Part shown: positions 45,315 through 53,694 of the stretch, one piece after another
Layout of the letters: each line of letters starts with the position of its first letter
Numbering within the stretch: the stretch's first letter is position 1
Virus record (IMG/VR): IMGVR_UViG_3300032257_000016
Coordinates: 1-55,148 of that record
Origin: a virus
Taxonomy: Duplodnaviria; Caudoviricetes
DNA: 55,148 bases
Direction: 5' to 3' (one strand)
Position numbers and translations under genes: made by a program
Notes under the pieces: model-generated
What the model saw: the letters and a program-made list of their open reading frames with translations, nothing else
Databases searched by the model: none
Told to the model about the DNA's origin: nothing

Positions 45315-47474
45315 TTAACCAATCAGTAAGACTGGGTAAAATCGCGGATTATTACCATATACGGCAGTAAAAAGAACCGGGTCATCATTCGACATTTCAG
45401 AAAAATAACCGGGAGTATAATTCACATTATCGTAAGCATTAAGCATTGTTGGGTATTTGCCATATTGCCAAGATGACAAGTAATCGCCTGCAGGGCTTAT
45501 CGGCATGTGACCGTTTTTAGTGCTTCCATCAAAACCAATATATCGAGATAAATTTTCTTGTGTTTGTGATAGAAACACTGGGTTAGTAACGCCAATCCTT
45601 ATGCCAGCATACCCACTAGCGGAGGATGACCACTCCTGAACGCGTTGAACAGCCACTGTAGTATCAGTTATGGTCGAAGCCAGATCCCCAAGATTAATAA
45701 TTATTCTATGAGCAAGGCCGCTGAAAATTGGCGATCCCGTCGTGTCAGTTAACATATTCGCGGTAACAGCAAGTGACCCCGGTGCCTTATGAATAAAATC
45801 CGATACCATTGTGTCGCTATCAGATACAGACTGATATGATTGGAATGATTGACCATTATTAGTGAAACTAGATCCCTGAAGGAACCGTCCATTACTGACA
45901 ACATTATGCCTGCCTATCACATACGCATTATTTCTTGCGTCTGCATAATTAATTGAAAGAACATTATCAGTGATAGTCGAGTTGCTTGTAAGATTTGAGG
46001 TTATTGCTCCAGGTATTCCTGCTGATTCAGAAAGCATTCTTGAGACTGTCGTTGGCAGTGCGCCAGTAACAGTTAAATCTGTGCGAATTACCTCGTTGCG
46101 ACTAGCTGCAGCAGAATATGACATAAGCACCCGCTCTGTTCCAACATACAATTCAATAGTTGCACTTTCGGTGTAATCTACGTTGTATTGATTCTCAAAA
46201 TAGCCAGATCCAGAGCAAATATTAGGCACATAGATATTACCGCTATCATAAGCAGTCCATGCGCCATAAGTTGTAGCAGCTGCCGTTCTTGTTACTGTGC
46301 CGGATTTAGTAAGAATCGCGTAAACGTAAACTGGCAGCATGTCCTTGAAGTCGGCGGCTATTACGGTTTCCGTTCTTGATGAAAAGTTAAGCGTCTGATT
46401 TGATGAATCAGATTCATCGTAGTTCCAGTTCGCGGTTACGCTACATGCTGGGAACGTATAGGCAGGAAGGCCAGTTGCAATAGGACTTGGTGCCGACACT
46501 GAAGGATATGCGTCTTTAGTCTCTGTATATGAATGACTTCGATGAACATCAACGCCAGCCTTTGTTAGATATTCAGTTATTGGATTAAATGTTATTTTAA
46601 TAACCGTTTCAGAATTAATGCCACTAGCAGCCTCACCAGGAAGTGAAAAGTTCCTGACGGTTACTGCTTCTGTTCCGTCACCATTAAAAAACCAGCCAAG
46701 CTGAACGGCTTGCTCATAATTTGCGGCATCATACGGATATTCAATCAATATCTTCCAGCCATCAGGTGCTGTCATAGCATCATAATAACTGGGATCTTTT
46801 GATTTATTATACGGCTTCCATATAACCGTATCCTTCTCTGCTCCGAATGCACTTACAATCGCAATAATATAAACAACCGTAACGTCATTTTCTATGCGCT
46901 TTGTTAGCGCGGCTCCGCGAACAGGGAGAGGCGATATTTCAGAAATACTTCCGTGCTCATAAATATTTACATCAAACAACCCTTCATCATTTACTGTGTC
47001 GGACGTTATTCTGGATGGCGACCCATGATAACTAATAACCTTTGTTGCCTTCCCTTTTGAATAGAATCCCTGCCAGTCAACCTCTCCGGCCTCTGGATTA
47101 GACCTTCTTTTTATTGACCAGACATTGTTTTTTGCTTTTAACACTGCTTCCGCAGGAGTGCCGCCAACAGTTCCCAATGGAGGATTAATGTCAATTCCAA
47201 ACGAGTCTGTTATAGGCGCACCCCATCCGGCAGGAGCAGAGTCAGAAGCAGGTAAACACCTAAACGACCATGGAATAATGCCGCCAGCCTCAATATAGAT
47301 AGTATCTATACCTGAATACGACGACATTCTTATGAGAACATTAGGCTGAATGTTTAATGTCTTGTTAACCCCATTCAGAAACCGCTTTAATGTCGCAAGC
47401 TTGTTTTTTGCGAAGCTGATCCACTTTGCAGCTTCTGTTTTGTCTCCTTTGAGGATTATTTTTGGTGGAACCAT
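45315..47474 (-). CDS. Tail/receptor-binding structural protein
   Basis: 719 aa, S/T-rich beta composition, in the tail module. Confidence 0.55.
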   Translation of the reverse strand: MVPPKIILKGDKTEAAKWISFAKNKLATLKRFLNGVNKTLNIQPNVLIRMSSYSGIDTIYIEAGGIIPWSFRCLPASDSAPAGWGAPITDSFGIDINPPLGTVGGTPAEAVLKAKNNVWSIKRRSNPEAGEVDWQGFYSKGKATKVISYHGSPSRITSDTVNDEGLFDVNIYEHGSISEISPLPVRGAALTKRIENDVTVVYIIAIVSAFGAEKDTVIWKPYNKSKDPSYYDAMTAPDGWKILIEYPYDAANYEQAVQLGWFFNGDGTEAVTVRNFSLPGEAASGINSETVIKITFNPITEYLTKAGVDVHRSHSYTETKDAYPSVSAPSPIATGLPAYTFPACSVTANWNYDESDSSNQTLNFSSRTETVIAADFKDMLPVYVYAILTKSGTVTRTAAATTYGAWTAYDSGNIYVPNICSGSGYFENQYNVDYTESATIELYVGTERVLMSYSAAASRNEVIRTDLTVTGALPTTVSRMLSESAGIPGAITSNLTSNSTITDNVLSINYADARNNAYVIGRHNVVSNGRFLQGSSFTNNGQSFQSYQSVSDSDTMVSDFIHKAPGSLAVTANMLTDTTGSPIFSGLAHRIIINLGDLASTITDTTVAVQRVQEWSSSASGYAGIRIGVTNPVFLSQTQENLSRYIGFDGSTKNGHMPISPAGDYLSSWQYGKYPTMLNAYDNVNYTPGYFSEMSNDDPVLFTAVYGNNPRFYPVLLIG

Positions 47475-47477
47475 TTA

Positions 47478-48062
47478 TTATGCGCTTGCAATGTTAATCG
47501 AATAGCCGACAAGGAATACATCGCCTGACTTTAATATCCTTGCTGCTGGGAAATTACTTACAGACATAAGCAAACCTGCCGCGCCACCTTTCTGCGAACT
47601 TGATATTAAAAACGCGCCAAGAACAGTTTGATCGGCGCTCATTGTGTAGATAGATCGGCTTGCAGTATTGGTAATTGACTGACCAGAAGGAGCCGCTTCG
47701 TTCCATACTGGGCGAGTGGTTTCAGTATAACTTGAGGTTTCTACTGCATTTGCGGCAATATTTGCAGCAACTTCACCAGCGATCGGCGTATAAGTCCCTG
47801 TGTAAATACCGATATACCATGCAGGAATCTTGGTACCATCATTAAATCCAACGCTCAGCAGATGATCCAGACCCTCATTAACAACTTTGTTATGTGATTG
47901 ACCTGACGAGATTAATTGGCCGCCTCGGTAATGCTCATAATCAAAAACGCCACCAATAGTAATATTCTGCTCTGGTATCAGTATTTCGCCACCAGGCATT
48001 TTCTCATATCGATTGTTTACAAGAGATCGTTTAATTCCTGAAGTAATTTCAGACGCAGACAT
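47478..48062 (-). CDS. Virion structural beta-rich subunit
   Basis: HN.VVNEGLDHLL, WYIGI..G, ITN.AS...Y......TV.GAFL; GGAGG RBS. Confidence 0.7.
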   Translation of the reverse strand: MSASEITSGIKRSLVNNRYEKMPGGEILIPEQNITIGGVFDYEHYRGGQLISSGQSHNKVVNEGLDHLLSVGFNDGTKIPAWYIGIYTGTYTPIAGEVAANIAANAVETSSYTETTRPVWNEAAPSGQSITNTASRSIYTMSADQTVLGAFLISSSQKGGAAGLLMSVSNFPAARILKSGDVFLVGYSINIASA

Positions 48063-48086
48063 TTAGCACCTCCAGCGGTGATTAAT

Positions 48087-48098
48087 GCACTCATGCGC
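48087..48098 (-). promoter_or_regulatory. Leader RNA hairpin copy 3, GCGCAUGAGUGC
   Basis: Exact 12-mer, 24 nt upstream of ATG48062. Confidence 0.8.
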
Positions 48099-48122
48099 AT
48101 GAAAATAATTGTGATTGTAAAA

Positions 48123-49391
48123 TTAAGTGATTAATACGCCATTGCGTATGATCGCCGATGTAACTGTGTCTCCAATAGCTATATTTCCCTGCTGTCCACC
48201 GTCTTTTAAAAGGCCAATATATTGATTTATTCCATTTTCATTCTTAATAACGCCAGCCCCTGAGTCAGCATTTTGATTAACATAGCGATCATCATTTATT
48301 ATAGAAAAGTACCCACTATTTCCAGCAAGGCAAAGACCGAGATCACTTAACCAGAAATATACGTCGCCAACGATTCCCTCTCCAACATAAGAGCCGTTAG
48401 CCCTTGCTTCGGTACCAAAGATGCCTTTTGCATTTGATTTAACGACAAGAGACGGCTGAGCAGGGTTAGTGCCTGGCATCCAATAGGTTTTATCAGCTGA
48501 AATGTGTATGCCATCGTCAACAGGAACGGCAATGGTAATATTTTTGGGAAACCGAAGGTAATTTTTTGATAATATGAACCAGTCAAGCGCGTATGGCTCA
48601 GAGTAATAAAGCGTATCACCAGAAACAACATACATTCGACCTTTGAAATAAAATACGATCTCACCAGCAGGAGGCGGGGATACGAACTGGCTGCGTAATG
48701 GCGAAGAATAGACGGGGGTTGTAATTTGGCGGCTTGTTGTGCCATTTGCCACAGTATCGACAAGGTAAAGCATGTCTCCATTATGGCTAGAAAGATAAAT
48801 GTTCACGTATGCGACACGACTATCAGAACTAACGGGTATTCCTGTTAGTTGAATTCCATTGTTATCTGCAAGATCAATACTGATTGCAATATCTGCCCCT
48901 GACTCAAGGCCATCAGAGGAAACGTAAGTAGTTGTCACCTGATAGTTACCAGCTGGCATGGCTCCAGCTATAGAGGATAAAATAGGCTGAGTCATTGGAA
49001 CAGAAATGCCCCATGGATAATTAACGCCACCCTTTAATACTCCGGTCTTCTGAGAGTCTGAGTAATATATGTCGCCATCAACAGATTCATAGGTCATTTT
49101 TTTGCCGAGAGACAAATCAGACCTAAGTGATGTTGCTGTATTGTCGTCATTGAGAACTTTCAGGCTATTGCCTTCTACGAATAGCTTGGTTAATTCATCA
49201 GAGTAAAGGCTATGTATCCCAGACCCTGAATAGACCTTTGAATATCCCGATCTTCGACTTACGCCATGATTATCATCAATATCTATATTTAGCCCAGCTC
49301 GAAGCTCGTCGGCACCAAGGCTATCTTCCGAATTAATATTATTAATTCCCCTGAACTGGGATAGGTTCACTGTGTTTTCATTTACTGGCAT
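48123..49391 (-). CDS. Tail nozzle/stabilisation protein (beta-propeller-like)
   Basis: F.GINN...LR...NIDID....V.RR.G; follows the adaptor gene. Confidence 0.7.
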   Translation of the reverse strand: MPVNENTVNLSQFRGINNINSEDSLGADELRAGLNIDIDDNHGVSRRSGYSKVYSGSGIHSLYSDELTKLFVEGNSLKVLNDDNTATSLRSDLSLGKKMTYESVDGDIYYSDSQKTGVLKGGVNYPWGISVPMTQPILSSIAGAMPAGNYQVTTTYVSSDGLESGADIAISIDLADNNGIQLTGIPVSSDSRVAYVNIYLSSHNGDMLYLVDTVANGTTSRQITTPVYSSPLRSQFVSPPPAGEIVFYFKGRMYVVSGDTLYYSEPYALDWFILSKNYLRFPKNITIAVPVDDGIHISADKTYWMPGTNPAQPSLVVKSNAKGIFGTEARANGSYVGEGIVGDVYFWLSDLGLCLAGNSGYFSIINDDRYVNQNADSGAGVIKNENGINQYIGLLKDGGQQGNIAIGDTVTSAIIRNGVLIT

Positions 49392-50092
49392 TACATAAAT
49401 CTCGCAGGAACTCTTTGTTTTGAATGGACTCGGCCTGACTCAAGATCTCTTGCTGTCGGCCTCTCTCCAAACTCTTGTGTAAACATTTCAGCATAATCCA
49501 GTGACTTACGCGGATCATACGTTTCAGAATCTGTTTTCTGGTATGCAATGCTTCTCGCCCAATTAAGCAGGCCAAAATGATGAACTGGCGCTATTTCTGG
49601 CGATTTTGTATTTGCTGCCCAGGTTAATGGCTTTAATTGAGTGCGCCATACGGTCAATTTCAGCAGCCCTGCTATTTTTGGCGCTGGTACCAGTCTTATC
49701 TGGTGACTTTCAAGATCAGTTATGAATGTATCAGGTTCATCAATGCTTGGCAGACCCTCCCACATTGGGTATCTTCGATCTAGGTCGCGTGATGTTGACT
49801 GCTCCATGGAATACTTGGCGCTCTCGATCTTAGCTCTATATATATCAAGAACACGATTATCAATGTCATAAAATGCTTCGTCTGCAACAAGGTCAATTTC
49901 AACCAACGCAGGCGTAGAAGAATCCCTAATGAGACGCGCCCGTAGACACGCCTCATCAATAGCTTTGTTGATATACAACACAAGTTCATCATTTGACCAC
50001 AATGAATCACTGTCCGGCGTAGTCCCGGTACCAGGCTTTTCAGAATCATCTAAAAATATTCGCAGTTGCGCTACCAATTCACTAAGCTTCAC
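49391..50092 (-). CDS. Head-tail adaptor (P22 gp4-like)
   Basis: LWS.DEL..YIN.A..EAC.R, P.I...HH..L..W....AY.K.D.ET.D. Confidence 0.8.
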   Translation of the reverse strand: MKLSELVAQLRIFLDDSEKPGTGTTPDSDSLWSNDELVLYINKAIDEACLRARLIRDSSTPALVEIDLVADEAFYDIDNRVLDIYRAKIESAKYSMEQSTSRDLDRRYPMWEGLPSIDEPDTFITDLESHQIRLVPAPKIAGLLKLTVWRTQLKPLTWAANTKSPEIAPVHHFGLLNWARSIAYQKTDSETYDPRKSLDYAEMFTQEFGERPTARDLESGRVHSKQRVPARFM

Positions 50093-50104
50093 AGGATTAC
50101 CTCG

Positions 50105-50797
50105 TTACTTCGTTTTTTTAGCTGCCGCTTTTTTTTTCGCGGGTGCCTTTTTCTTTGCTGGCGCCTTTTTCTTCGGCTTTTTAGCTGCCCTTTCAAGAGA
50201 ATCAGCGTATTCATCCAGTTTCATCAGCACGGTGTCAACGAACATAGAGTCTTTTTGCTTATGCTCTTCTGTCAGTTCTTCATAAGGGATCATGCACGGA
50301 TGGGTTTTTGATTCTTCATTCTTGACAGCGCCATATATCCAGCCGTTAGCTTCTTTTTCAGCCATCCAGCTTTCATGTGACATTTCAGGTGACATATCAG
50401 GATTGTTAATTACTGCCTTAACACCATTAATTGCACTTTCTTTCTGCCAGTCGGGTGCTTCTTCCCAAGAAGATTGCGAGAAGTCGTCATTTGCTTCGCA
50501 ATAAGCGCGGTTGTTCTCGTGTGCTGCGATGGCAATATTCTCAACAACATCATTTGGAACTGTGTCGAAAACAACCGGTTCAGCTTCTTTTTCAATCTTA
50601 ATCGCTTTTTTATCAGCAGATTCAGATTCATCGTATAATTCATAGGCCTCGGTGACAGACAATAAAGTACCCATGTGTTTTTTATTTTCAACATCACAGA
50701 CATGGTGGCCTTTATTGTTCGGTTTAAAATGGTACTCAGTATCATCGAGATCTACACGCGTACCGCCTTGGCGGATAAGCTTGCAGCGTAGCATCAT
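50105..50797 (-). CDS. Head-module protein containing an RyR domain and a Lys/Ala-rich tail
   Basis: AHE.NRAYC...W.EAP.WQ.ESA..GV...SHESW...K...GW.YG.VK....KTHPC..PY.EL....K.KD. Confidence 0.85.
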   Translation of the reverse strand: MMLRCKLIRQGGTRVDLDDTEYHFKPNNKGHHVCDVENKKHMGTLLSVTEAYELYDESESADKKAIKIEKEAEPVVFDTVPNDVVENIAIAAHENNRAYCEANDDFSQSSWEEAPDWQKESAINGVKAVINNPDMSPEMSHESWMAEKEANGWIYGAVKNEESKTHPCMIPYEELTEEHKQKDSMFVDTVLMKLDEYADSLERAAKKPKKKAPAKKKAPAKKKAAAKKTK

Positions 50798-50826
50798 AAT
50801 ATTAATCCTCCATTGGATTAGTTAAG

Positions 50827-50857
50827 AAAAACGGGGAGCGGCAAGATTACCGCTCCC
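50827..50857 (-). terminator. Intrinsic terminator after the decoration gene
   Basis: GGGAGCGG-taatcttg-CCGCTCCC-CGTTTTT. Confidence 0.8.
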
Positions 50858-50878
50858 AAAGTCCACACCAAGGACGAA

Positions 50879-51334
50879 TTAAGCCCCGTATCGTGATGAA
50901 CGGTAGTACAGTGTCAAACCAATTTTTCCTGTAGTTGCCCCGGTAGCAGGAGCAGTGCCGACCTTTACGCCATATACCGTTTCACCGGCAGCAGGAGCAA
51001 TGCGAACACCACCAGCCTGATCCATTCGAGCAACACCACCAGCCTGACCCACAGTTGAATTGTCAATCAACTCATTTGCTGCGCCACCTGCACTGACAAC
51101 GCCAGCATCAAGCACGAGCGCGGGAGAGCCGCCTGTATCCAGGTCGTCTGAATCCAAGATGCAGTCAACAGGAACATGATCGCCCGGAAGTTTTACCAGT
51201 TCGATAATGTCATTTACCACCAACGCGGCAGCAAGATCATATTCGCCCCGAACTGCTTTAACTTCACCCGCTTCTGCAGCATCAACCGCAGGACGGGAAC
51301 CCTTTACATTTACACTCTGAAAAGTAGTAGCCAT
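50879..51334 (-). CDS. Capsid decoration/cement protein
   Basis: 151 aa directly after the MCP; DIIEL..LP....VD..L.SDDLD. Confidence 0.75.
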   Translation of the reverse strand: MATTFQSVNVKGSRPAVDAAEAGEVKAVRGEYDLAAALVVNDIIELVKLPGDHVPVDCILDSDDLDTGGSPALVLDAGVVSAGGAANELIDNSTVGQAGGVARMDQAGGVRIAPAAGETVYGVKVGTAPATGATTGKIGLTLYYRSSRYGA

Positions 51335-51361
51335 TTTGTTTTTACCTCAAATTAAATAATT

Positions 51362-51390
51362 AAAACGAAGGGGTGCATAAAACACCCCTT
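51362..51390 (-). terminator. Hairpin/terminator after the major capsid gene
   Basis: AAGGGGTG-ttttatg-CACCCCTT-CGTTTT. Confidence 0.7.
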
Positions 51391-51406
51391 TATTTTTTAG
51401 CTATGA

Positions 51407-52510
51407 TTAGCCAGGATCTTTCGCTGCAGTTTCTGCGGCAATAACACCGAAGTCCTTGCCGTTGTAAGTAGTCTTCTTCACACCGACGATAGAAGAAGTC
51501 GTAATTACAGCCTGATTGCCGTTATCACGAGTTTCTTCATGCCAGTCGTAACGAAGATTGGTACCAGGAGAGCCAAACGCACAAACACCGGCCTGAGCAC
51601 CAAGGAACAGAGCGCGAGACGCTTCAACATTTGAGCCAGCGCCATAGTCATTGAAGCGCACAATACCCTTGTGAGAATGCAGTACAACATTGTTGTACAT
51701 ACCCAGAGCGCCACGGAAGATTGGATTCTTTCGTCCTTCGGCACCTGCAGCAGCTTTTTGAATATCAAGCCATTGACCAGCTGAAGTGTTTGTGCGCATG
51801 TCGAATTCCTGCCATGGATTCATAACCAGACAGTAATGCTCTTCACCATCGACCATCACAGGCTGGATCTGAGGAATTTCAGTAGTACCACCACCCATCA
51901 TAGTCGCACGAGCAACACAGCGATCGACAAGATTAACATCCATTTTGTCGGTTGCGGCAATCGAAGCTTTTGATGTAGCGGAGCCAGCATACAAGATATG
52001 ATCTGTATCTGGAGCAGTCAGGCTATTATTTGCAAAACCTGAGTACGTTGTCGGGAAAATGTAATCCGTGTTGATTCCACGCGCACCAGACAGGTACATG
52101 AAGAACAACTCGTCAAATACACGCGCCCACCATTCAGACTGACGTTTTTTAGCAATCTTGCGCAGGTCATGAAGTGTACGCTTGCGAGTCATGCGACCGC
52201 CAGTATTAACACCACCACGCAGCTGATCGATATAAACACCGTCAGTGTAGAACTTCAGATCTTCCTCGTTTCCATCCAGAGTGTTATCACCCTCAACAGG
52301 CTGCATCTTGAGCTGAACAGACAGATCAAACGAAATGTATTCACCTGCATCATTCTCAAGATGGTTCAGCATCTGGATAGGTGTGCTTGCTTCTTCACCG
52401 TAGCCCATGAACTTCTTAGTGAAGTATGATTTACGGCCAACATCGACTGCCAGTGCGGCAGACCATTTATTTACTGCTTTTGCATCATTTAAACCTATAA
52501 TGGTCTTCAT
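51407..52510 (-). CDS. Major capsid protein (N4-gp56/DUF4043 family)
   Basis: L.GNEEDL.FY.D...IDQ.R, GG.M..KRT..DLR, NPIF.G.LG.Y..V, LGAQA, KDFGVI. Confidence 0.93.
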   Translation of the reverse strand: MKTIIGLNDAKAVNKWSAALAVDVGRKSYFTKKFMGYGEEASTPIQMLNHLENDAGEYISFDLSVQLKMQPVEGDNTLDGNEEDLKFYTDGVYIDQLRGGVNTGGRMTRKRTLHDLRKIAKKRQSEWWARVFDELFFMYLSGARGINTDYIFPTTYSGFANNSLTAPDTDHILYAGSATSKASIAATDKMDVNLVDRCVARATMMGGGTTEIPQIQPVMVDGEEHYCLVMNPWQEFDMRTNTSAGQWLDIQKAAAGAEGRKNPIFRGALGMYNNVVLHSHKGIVRFNDYGAGSNVEASRALFLGAQAGVCAFGSPGTNLRYDWHEETRDNGNQAVITTSSIVGVKKTTYNGKDFGVIAAETAAKDPG

Positions 52511-52538
52511 GTGTGCTTACCTCTATTTTCAAAGTAAG

Positions 52539-52550
52539 GCACTCATGCGC
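52539..52550 (-). promoter_or_regulatory. Leader RNA hairpin copy 4, GCGCAUGAGUGC
   Basis: Exact 12-mer, 28 nt upstream of the MCP ATG; preceded by a second hairpin GATATGC-gggt-GCATATC (52563-52580). Confidence 0.8.
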
Positions 52551-52590
52551 CGGTTTAAATTTGATATGCACCCGCATATCGGCTAAAAAA

Positions 52591-52773
52591 CTAACTAAAT
52601 TTTCGTAATGGTGGTCTTGTCAAGGTTGAAACTGGCTTACCTATCTTAATGGATTTGTCAGCGTCAATTTTAAGCCTTGCTTTTCTCCCTGATTTTTTTT
52701 CAAGAGTCACGGCTATCCGTCCATTATCAATAGCAACTCTATCGCCCTCTTCCAGTTCAACGAATAAAGCCAT
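52591..52773 (-). CDS. Divergent CsrA/RsmA-fold RNA-binding protein
   Basis: LFVELEEGDRVAIDNGRIAVTLEKKSGRKARLKIDADKSIKI aligns by eye with CsrA [41 protein letters not shown]. Confidence 0.72.
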   Translation of the reverse strand: MALFVELEEGDRVAIDNGRIAVTLEKKSGRKARLKIDADKSIKIGKPVSTLTRPPLRKFS

Positions 52774-52774
52774 A

Positions 52775-53623
52775 CTAAGCCCTTAAATAATTGTCACGGT
52801 CTTTGTCAGACATTCCAGCCAGGGCAGACTCAAGATCCATGCCCTCAAGTTTATCTAAGACATTGTATTTCGAGTCTGTCACCTGATTGTCGTCAGCAGC
52901 AGGCATGTTCGCCAGTGTTTTCGGCACGTCTACCTCTTTTGATCGACTGTTGGTCTTGGTTGTCACGGTTTTTTTATTCGTGTCTGCTACTGGATCATCA
53001 TTACCAGGACTTTTACCCATGCTCGCCTCAACAAGCTTGTGCGCTTCATTAAGGAACCAATCGCCCTCCTTCCCGGTATTGGACTCTTCCTGATATAGAG
53101 TTCTCAATGCGGAATCAAGTGCGCCGAACCGAATAGGGTCAGATTCATATTCTGAGTGATCGCCATAAAATCGATTCTGCTGCCAATCCCATAGCTGGTC
53201 GGCTGACTGCTCATTATGCTTCTCAGCCATTTTCGCCATGATCTGTTCATCACGAAGATTGTCGCGCTGAGCATTGTAATCACTTAGGCTTATATCGCCA
53301 GCCTCAAAGACGTCATCCAGTTCGGTTAACTGCGATGCAATGTCCTCGGCGACACTGGCATCCAATTTTGTAACAAACGGATTATCTGCGTCCTGATCTT
53401 CATCAGAGTCAGCTGTCGTTTCTTCTTCGGCATCATCGGGGTCTTCATCATTAGAGCCTTTGTCTTCCGGCTCTTCATTATCATTAGAATCATCTTCTTC
53501 AAGATCATTCTCGAAAGCGTCATCGTCGCCGCTGCCCTCTTCAAGTCCATCTTCGAGTGCTGCCTGTTCATCTGGAGACATGCCTGCAATCTCTTCTTCG
53601 GTGTAGTCGTCTTCAATAGCCAT
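52775..53623 (-). CDS. Scaffolding protein
   Basis: Very acidic 282 aa upstream of the MCP; P.TL..MPAAD...LD.L.G.DLE.ALA.M C-terminus. Confidence 0.8.
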   Translation of the reverse strand: MAIEDDYTEEEIAGMSPDEQAALEDGLEEGSGDDDAFENDLEEDDSNDNEEPEDKGSNDEDPDDAEEETTADSDEDQDADNPFVTKLDASVAEDIASQLTELDDVFEAGDISLSDYNAQRDNLRDEQIMAKMAEKHNEQSADQLWDWQQNRFYGDHSEYESDPIRFGALDSALRTLYQEESNTGKEGDWFLNEAHKLVEASMGKSPGNDDPVADTNKKTVTTKTNSRSKEVDVPKTLANMPAADDNQVTDSKYNVLDKLEGMDLESALAGMSDKDRDNYLRA

Positions 53624-53646
53624 AGGTATTCCCCTATTTTGGTCAT

Positions 53647-53671
53647 AAAAAAACCGCCGTTAAGGCGGTTT
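53647..53671 (-). terminator. Intrinsic terminator before the scaffold gene
   Basis: AAACCGCC-ttaac-GGCGGTTT-TTTT. Confidence 0.85.
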
Positions 53672-53694
53672 GGTTGTATGAATGGCTGAATCAA

